Assembly (NCBI GenBank): GCA_963834345.1
Contig: CAWIBQ010000003.1
Span: 39,875 to 103,874 of the forward strand
Origin: an uncultured Acidobacteriaceae bacterium
GTDB taxonomy: Bacteria > Acidobacteriota > Terriglobia > Terriglobales > Acidobacteriaceae
Reading direction: 5' to 3'
DNA: 64,000 nucleotides
The notes below the pieces were generated by a model that worked only from the letters and a program-made list of their open reading frames with translations, ran no database searches and had not been told where the DNA came from. Positions 58,357 through 64,000 of the stretch are shown here, piece after piece (position 1 is the first letter of the stretch; each line of letters opens with the position of its first letter). Both the position numbers and the translations under genes were made by a program.

Positions 58357-60443
58357 ATGCCCCAGTCGTCCCGGCCATCTCTCTTTCGCAAACACTCCCT
58401 CGCCGGAAACTGGCAGCCTCAGCGATCTGCTCGCCCGCACCTTCGGTTTCCCAGCTTTCCGCGCGAACCAGGAGGAGGTCTGCCGCGCCGCCATCTCCGG
58501 ACGCGATCTGCTGCTGGTCATGCCCACCGGCGCAGGAAAATCGCTCTGCTACCAGTTGCCTGCCGTAGCGCGCGGCGGCACGGCGCTGGTCATCAGTCCG
58601 CTCATCGCCCTTATGGAGGACCAGGCGACCAAGCTCGCGGGCCGCGGTCTGCGCGTCGCGCGCATCCACTCCGGGCTCGATCGGCAGACGGCGCGACAGG
58701 CCTGCATGGACTACCTGAGCGGCGCGCTGCAATTTCTCTTCATAGCGCCGGAGCGGCTGCGTGTTCCCGGCTTCGCGGAGATGCTCGGCAAGCGTAAGCC
58801 CTCCCTGGTCGCCATTGACGAGGCGCACTGCATCTCGCAATGGGGCCACGATTTCCGCCCCGACTACCGCATGCTCGGCCAACACCTGCACCTGCTGCGT
58901 CCCGCGCCCGTGCTGGCGCTCACCGCCACTGCCACGCCCATCGTGCAGAACGACATCCTGGCCCAACTCGCTCTCCACGACGCAGTTCGTTTCATCCACG
59001 GCTTCCGCCGCGACAACCTCGCCATCGAAGTCGTTGAGGTGCCGAAGCCGATGCGCACGGAACGGGCTCTCGAACTGCTGCGCGAGACAACACATGACAA
59101 CCCGCGCCGTCCCGCCATCGTCTACGCGCCTACCCGCAAGGATGCGGATGAGACCGCCGCCGCGCTGGCCGCGCACTTCCCTGCTGCTGCGTATCATGCC
59201 GGCCTCGATGCTGAGCAGCGCGACCGAGTGCAGCGCAAGTTCCTCGATGGCGCACTTGAAGTCGTCGTGGCGACGATTGCCTTCGGCATGGGCATCGACA
59301 AGGCCGATGTCCGCACCGTCATCCACACCGCATTGCCGGCCAGCCTTGAGGCCTACTACCAGGAGATCGGCCGCGCCGGGCGCGACGGCCTGCCCAGCCG
59401 CACCATCCTGATGCACTCCTATGCCGATCGCCGCACCCACGAGTTCTTTCTTAGAGCGCGATTACCCTGCGCTCGACGAACTTGAACGGATTCACAAGGC
59501 GCTGGCGCGACGGTCCGGCTCTATCGCTCGCGACGACCTGCAATCTGCGCTCCGCATGGATGCCGAGATCTTTGAGAAAGCGCTCGAAAAGCTCTACATC
59601 CATGGCGCAGTGCATGTTACATATGACGACCAGGTCAGCCTCAGCCCGGACGCGAACGGCTGGCGCCGCACCTATCGCTCGCAGGCGGACTACCGCCGCC
59701 AGCAGCTTGAGCTCGTCACCCGCTATGCGCAGGGCCACGGCTGCCGCATGGCTTCACTCGTCGCGCACTTCGGCGATACGGCAGACAGCCGCCGCCTCTG
59801 CGGACATTGCGACTTCTGCTCGCCGGAGCGCGCCATCGCACAGAGCTTCCGCGGTCTCACCGCGCAGGAGGAGCATGCCGCCCGCGGGATCCTGAAGTCG
59901 CTGCGCGGTGGTCCGTCCCCTTCCACTGGCCGTCTCTACAAAGAGCTCTACCCCCGCGAAGATCTCTCTCGCAATGACTTCGACGATGTGCTCGGCGGCT
60001 TGGCCGCTGCCGGCCTGGTCCGCATCGAGGAAGCCAGCTTCGAGAAGGACGGCAAGCCGGTGAACTACCGCAAGGCGTCGCTCACGCGTGAGGGCGAGGA
60101 GTTCACCGAGGGCGCGCCGCTGGAACTCTCGCTGCGCGAGCGCACCACGCGCGACGCGCCGAAACGCAAGCCGGAGAAGGCCTCAAAGAATGCCGCGGAG
60201 AGGCCGCCTGTCGCTCTTACGCCCGAAGGCACCGCGCTCGAACAGCGCCTCAAGGAATGGCGGCTGGCCATCGCAAAGAAGGACGGCAAGCCCGCCTTCT
60301 TCGTCTTCGGCGACAGCGTACTTCGCCTGATCGCGCACGCGCGGCCCACCAACCTCAACGCGCTCGCCGCCATTCACGGAGTCGGCGCAGCCAAGCTCGA
60401 ACGCTACGGCGCCGATGTTTGCCGCCTCTGCACAGAAAACTAG
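58357..60443 (+). pseudogene. recQ: ATP-dependent DNA helicase RecQ, frame broken near 59447-59453 and probably again near 58360-58420
   Basis: FGFPAFRANQEEV...VMPTGAGKSLCYQLPA (motif I), VAIDEAHCISQWGHDFRP (DEAH), IVYAPTRK, ATIAFGMGIDK, YYQEIGRAGRDG in ORF 58520-59485. The Zn-finger (CRMASLVAHFGD...CGHCDFC) and HRDC ([13 protein letters not shown]...[13 protein letters not shown]) lie in ORF 59421-60443. The frame carrying motif I has no start codon upstream. Confidence 0.85.
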
Positions 60444-61022
60444 CGTGACTGCACCTGCCTCGCGTGCTCCCGGCACTTCCAACAGCTTCCCGGTCGCTAC
60501 GTCATAGATGTACCCGTGAATCGGAATCGAATCGGGCACGAGCGGATGATTGCGGATTCGCGACACGTCATCCACCACGGCTTGCCGCTGATTCGGTATC
60601 GTCAGCCATTCGATGAACTCTCCTGCCCGGGAGCCGGGCCCCTTCCCGACATCCTTGAAGCCTTCGGTGGTCAGCTGCGCCGTTTCCAAACTACTCGCCA
60701 GCAAATTGCGGATCACATCGTTGGTGAAGAACTCCATGCCGCAATTCGTGTGGTGAATCACGAAGAACTCCCGCGTGCCCAGCAATTTGTAGCTGATGAC
60801 CAGGGATCTGATGGCATCATCGCTCGCACGCCCTCCTGCATTCCGAATGACATGGGCATCGCCCTCCGCCAGTCCGGCATACTTCGCTGGGTCCAGCCTG
60901 GCGTCCATGCAGGTGAGGATCGCAAAGCCGCGCGCCGGCGGAAGGGCCAGTTTGCCACGCTCACCAAAGCCTTGACTGTACTGCTCATTTGCCTTCAATA
61001 CCTCATCCAGTATTTTGCTCAT
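60183..61022 (-). CDS. Beta-class carbonic anhydrase (3' end suspect)
   Basis: [28 protein letters not shown] (Cys-Asp-Arg / His-x-x-Cys zinc site). The recognisable core ends about [16 protein letters not shown] (near 60480), but the ORF runs 95 more codons antisense to recQ. Confidence 0.75.
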   Translation of the reverse strand: MSKILDEVLKANEQYSQGFGERGKLALPPARGFAILTCMDARLDPAKYAGLAEGDAHVIRNAGGRASDDAIRSLVISYKLLGTREFFVIHHTNCGMEFFTNDVIRNLLASSLETAQLTTEGFKDVGKGPGSRAGEFIEWLTIPNQRQAVVDDVSRIRNHPLVPDSIPIHGYIYDVATGKLLEVPGAREAGAVTLVFCAEAANIGAVAFELGCADSVNGGERVEVGGPRVRDQAKYAVAEDEEGGLAVLLCDGQPPFLEALFERGAFGRKSDRRPLRGIL

Positions 61023-61273
61023 GATGCCTCCGTTTGGCGTCCAGCGTTTCGTTTGTGTCCTCCGACATCGAGGCGTGTAAACGCAAAACGGCCCACGGTG
61101 GATACCCGTGGGCCGCTCAGAAGTCTGTCTTTAAAGCATCTTCAAACAGGACCTCGCCCACGGTTCTCAAAACAGCAACAAGTGAGCAGGTTATGTGAAA
61201 GATGCATGCTGGCATGGTAGCACCCAGGCGGAGCGCTGCTGCCTTGCCATGGTCTCGATATACCATCTGCGTT

Positions 61274-62338
61274 ATGCATCATGGACTGCGTCTCACGCAT
61301 CTTCTTACGGCCGGCCTGCTGACTGCCGGCGTGCTTCATGCACAACCCGGCTCTCACAAGTGGTCTATCGTCGTGCACGGAGGCGCTGGCGTCATCGAGC
61401 GCAAATCCATGCCGCCGGAAACCGAAGCGGAGTACCGTGCCGCCATGAAAACCGCGATTGAAACCGGTGCGGCGGTCCTTGAAAAAGGCGGCACCTCGCT
61501 CGACGCCGTGCAGGCGACGATCCAGTACCTCGAAGACAATCCGCTCTTCAACGCGGGCAAGGGCGCCGTCTTCACCGCCGATGGCCGGAACGAACTGGAC
61601 TCCGCCATCATGGATGGCGCTACGCTCAAGGCGGGCTCCGTCGCGCAGCTCATGCACACGCGTCATCCCATCGCCGCCGCGCGCGCGGTGATGGAGCAAT
61701 CGCCCGCCGTGATGCTGGCCGGCCCTGACGCCGACAAGTTCGCTGCGAGCAAGGGCCTGGAGCAGGTAGACAACAGCTACTTCTTCACGGAGCGGCGCTG
61801 GCAGGGCCTCATCAAGCAGTTGCAGAAGGAAGGTAAGCCAATCCCGCCGCGTCCCGCAGGCGCGCCACCCGCGCCGGCAAAGCCCGTAGCGATGACTGAA
61901 CCCCCTGACGCGCACAAATACGGCACTGTCGGCGTGGTCGCGCTCGATGAAGCAGGCAACATCGCAGCCGGCACCTCCACTGGCGGCCTGCAGGCCAAGT
62001 TGCCGGGACGCATCGGCGATTCGCCCATCATCGGCGCAGGCACCTACGCGTCCAACCACTCTTGCGCCGTCTCCGGCACCGGCACCGGCGAATACTTCAT
62101 CCGCCTCACCATCGCGCGTGAGATCTGCGCGCTGGTTGAAGACAAGCATATGAAGTTGCAGGCCGCGGCTGATGAGGTGATCCACAAGCAACTTGAAGGG
62201 CTGCACGGCGACGGCGGCGTCATCGCCATCGCACCCGACGGGGAGCAGGCCTGGAGTTTCAACTCGCCCGGGATGTACCGCGCGCGCATGAGCCAGGGCA
62301 GCCAGCCCACCATCGCCATCTACAGCGACGAGCCGTAA
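61274..62338 (+). CDS. Isoaspartyl peptidase / L-asparaginase (Ntn hydrolase)
   Basis: Signal peptide. VVHGGAG, NAGKGAVFT, DSAIMDG, autoprocessing site YGTVGVVALD, TSTGG. Trimmed from ORF 61202. Confidence 0.9.
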   Translation: MHHGLRLTHLLTAGLLTAGVLHAQPGSHKWSIVVHGGAGVIERKSMPPETEAEYRAAMKTAIETGAAVLEKGGTSLDAVQATIQYLEDNPLFNAGKGAVFTADGRNELDSAIMDGATLKAGSVAQLMHTRHPIAAARAVMEQSPAVMLAGPDADKFAASKGLEQVDNSYFFTERRWQGLIKQLQKEGKPIPPRPAGAPPAPAKPVAMTEPPDAHKYGTVGVVALDEAGNIAAGTSTGGLQAKLPGRIGDSPIIGAGTYASNHSCAVSGTGTGEYFIRLTIAREICALVEDKHMKLQAAADEVIHKQLEGLHGDGGVIAIAPDGEQAWSFNSPGMYRARMSQGSQPTIAIYSDEP

Positions 62339-62343
62339 CTCGC

Positions 62344-63630
62344 TTAAGGACGCCGGTACACGACGCCGTTCTTTACCACCAGCCGCACGTCCTTCACGGC
62401 CTCGATCTTCTGCGTCGGATCGCCGGCCACCGCGATCACGTCCGCGAGCATTCCCGGATGTAATCCGCCGAGCTCTTTGCTCATGCCGATCACAGACGCG
62501 TCGGTCGCCGTCGCGGCAGTCAGCGCTTCCACCGGCGACATCCCGTCACGCACCATCCATGCCAACTCACGCCAGTTGTCGCCGTGCGGGAAAACGCCCA
62601 CATCGCTGCCGCAGCCAATCGTCACGCCCGCCTTCCGCGCCGACGCGAAGGCATGCGCCACCTCCTGCATGTCTTCCGTCGGCGGATTGCCCGGGACATA
62701 GTGCTGGAAGTAGACGCCGTAGGCCTCCACCGCGGTCAGCGTCGGCATGTACGCGATATGCTTCTCCGCCATCAACCGAAATGTGACTTCGCTGCCGCCC
62801 GTTCCATGTTCAATGGTGTCCACGCCGGCCAACGCTGCGCGCCGCATGCCTTCGTCCGACTCAGCGTGCACCGCCACCGGCCGTCCGCTGTCGTGTGCAG
62901 CGACTACCATGGCATTCATCTCCGCCTGGGTAAACGTGGGCCGCGTCTCACCATGCGGACCCGTGCGGTAGTCGCCGTAGATCTTGATCCAGTCCGCACC
63001 GCGTGCCGCCTGCTCGCGCACCGCGGCCACGGCCTCCGTTTCGCCCGTCGCCTCCTGCGCACCTTGCGGCAAAGAAATATCGGGGCGGTAGTTCCGCACC
63101 GCCGGTCCATATGCGCCCGTTGCAACGATGGCGCGCGTCACCACCCACAGCCGCGGCCCGGGAATCACTCCTTCATCGATCGCACGCTTCAGCGCCACAT
63201 CCGCAAAGCCCGCGCCCTCGGTGCCCAGATCGCGCAGCGTCGTGAAGCCCGCCATCAGCGTCGCCTCAGCATGCTTGGTTGCGACGATGGTGCGGTACGC
63301 GGGCGGCTCGGTCAGCACCTGGGCATCCCATAGCTTCTCGTTGTACGGGTGCAGCAGCAGATGCGAGTGCAGGTCCATCAACCCGGGCAGCACTGTCATG
63401 CCCGGCAGGGCGATGCGCTCCGCATCCGGTGGCGCGGCAACACTGGCCTTCGGGCCGACCGCCTTGATCTGATTCCCTTCAATCAGGACGACCCAGCCCG
63501 TGTGCAGCGGCTCACCCGCGGTCCACACCTGCGCCGGCTCCAGCAGCAGCGGATTCCCGGCAGGTGCCTCTGCCCCAAAGGAGAATGTCGCAGCGGCATA
63601 CACCATCGACAGAAGGAAGAAGCGATTCAT
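62344..63630 (-). CDS. Secreted amidohydrolase (metal-dependent, imidazolonepropionase/prolidase-like)
   Basis: Signal peptide MNRFFLLSMVYAAATFSFGAEA. PGLMDLHSHLL, VAVHAES, IEHGT, GSDVG motifs. Confidence 0.85.
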   Translation of the reverse strand: MNRFFLLSMVYAAATFSFGAEAPAGNPLLLEPAQVWTAGEPLHTGWVVLIEGNQIKAVGPKASVAAPPDAERIALPGMTVLPGLMDLHSHLLLHPYNEKLWDAQVLTEPPAYRTIVATKHAEATLMAGFTTLRDLGTEGAGFADVALKRAIDEGVIPGPRLWVVTRAIVATGAYGPAVRNYRPDISLPQGAQEATGETEAVAAVREQAARGADWIKIYGDYRTGPHGETRPTFTQAEMNAMVVAAHDSGRPVAVHAESDEGMRRAALAGVDTIEHGTGGSEVTFRLMAEKHIAYMPTLTAVEAYGVYFQHYVPGNPPTEDMQEVAHAFASARKAGVTIGCGSDVGVFPHGDNWRELAWMVRDGMSPVEALTAATATDASVIGMSKELGGLHPGMLADVIAVAGDPTQKIEAVKDVRLVVKNGVVYRRP

Positions 63631-63687
63631 GCGTGCGAGTGTACTGCACCTGTCATGGAAAATGGCTGACCCGCCGGCTCGTGTTCG

Positions 63688-64000
63688 CTAGCTGTATCGC
63701 ATCCAGCGCAGCATCTCAGGTAGCGTGGCGCGCTTGCCGTACATCAGGATGCCGACCCGATAGATGCGCGACGCCACCCAGATTGCCGCCCAGATGAACA
63801 CCAGCATCAGCACCATCGAAAGCGCGATCTGCCACGCCGGAGGCATCTGCGAGGACATACGCAGGAACATCACGATCGGCGTGCAGGGTGGAAACAGTGA
63901 CAGCAGCACCACCGGCAGCGCCGTCGGATTGCTGGTGATGTAGCTGATCAGCACCATCCCCACCGTCAGCGGCGCAACGATCACCATGCTGAACTGCTGG
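63688..64000 (-). CDS. ABC-2-type transporter permease, C-terminal part (5' end outside window)
   Basis: Hydrophobic C-terminal segments ending ...RIYRVGILMYGKRATLPEMLRWMRYS. The frame stays open to the window edge. Confidence 0.5.
   Translation of the reverse strand, partial: QQFSMVIVAPLTVGMVLISYITSNPTALPVVLLSLFPPCTPIVMFLRMSSQMPPAWQIALSMVLMLVFIWAAIWVASRIYRVGILMYGKRATLPEMLRWMRYS

Overview
High-GC bacterial chromosomal segment. It is probably from an Acidobacteriota (Terriglobia-like) genome: it carries an ADOP-type duplicated FtsX permease and many TPR or secreted hypothetical proteins. This taxonomic call is inference from gene content only.

I can support about 55 protein-coding genes, mostly core housekeeping: uvrA (partial), lgt, hpt, deoC, aroA, truA, htrA-like, lysA, thiD, rlpA, pyrF, accA, dnaE, a CCA/poly(A)-polymerase family enzyme, lpxD, yebC, purQ and recQ. 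There are also envelope and secreted proteins, a multicopper oxidase, several amidohydrolases and an orphan REC-PAS response regulator. I saw no rRNA, tRNA, CRISPR array, transposase, integrase or phage genes.

Observations worth a second look:
1. At least eight reading-frame breaks in conserved genes, including two in dnaE. All need removal of exactly one nucleotide. This looks like systematic insertion-type consensus error rather than decay, but should be checked.
2. Two secreted proteins (41397-42260 and 48601-50052) share an uncharacterised C-terminal module of about 230 aa. One sits at the end of a REC-PAS / lipoprotein operon. The other carries two tandem Ig-like repeats.
3. A CCA/PAP-family nucleotidyltransferase has a Lys/Ala/Pro histone-H1-like tail of about 180 aa.
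4. A run of four perfect or near-perfect inverted repeats lies downstream of htrA.
5. A 59-aa zinc-ribbon ORF lies below the ORF-track cutoff.
6. A perfect 18-bp tandem duplication copies the pyrF stop region.
7. An AT-rich gap of about 760 bp contains a duplicated 16/17-mer.

All calls rest on reading motifs by eye. No database search was run, and frameshift junction coordinates are approximate.
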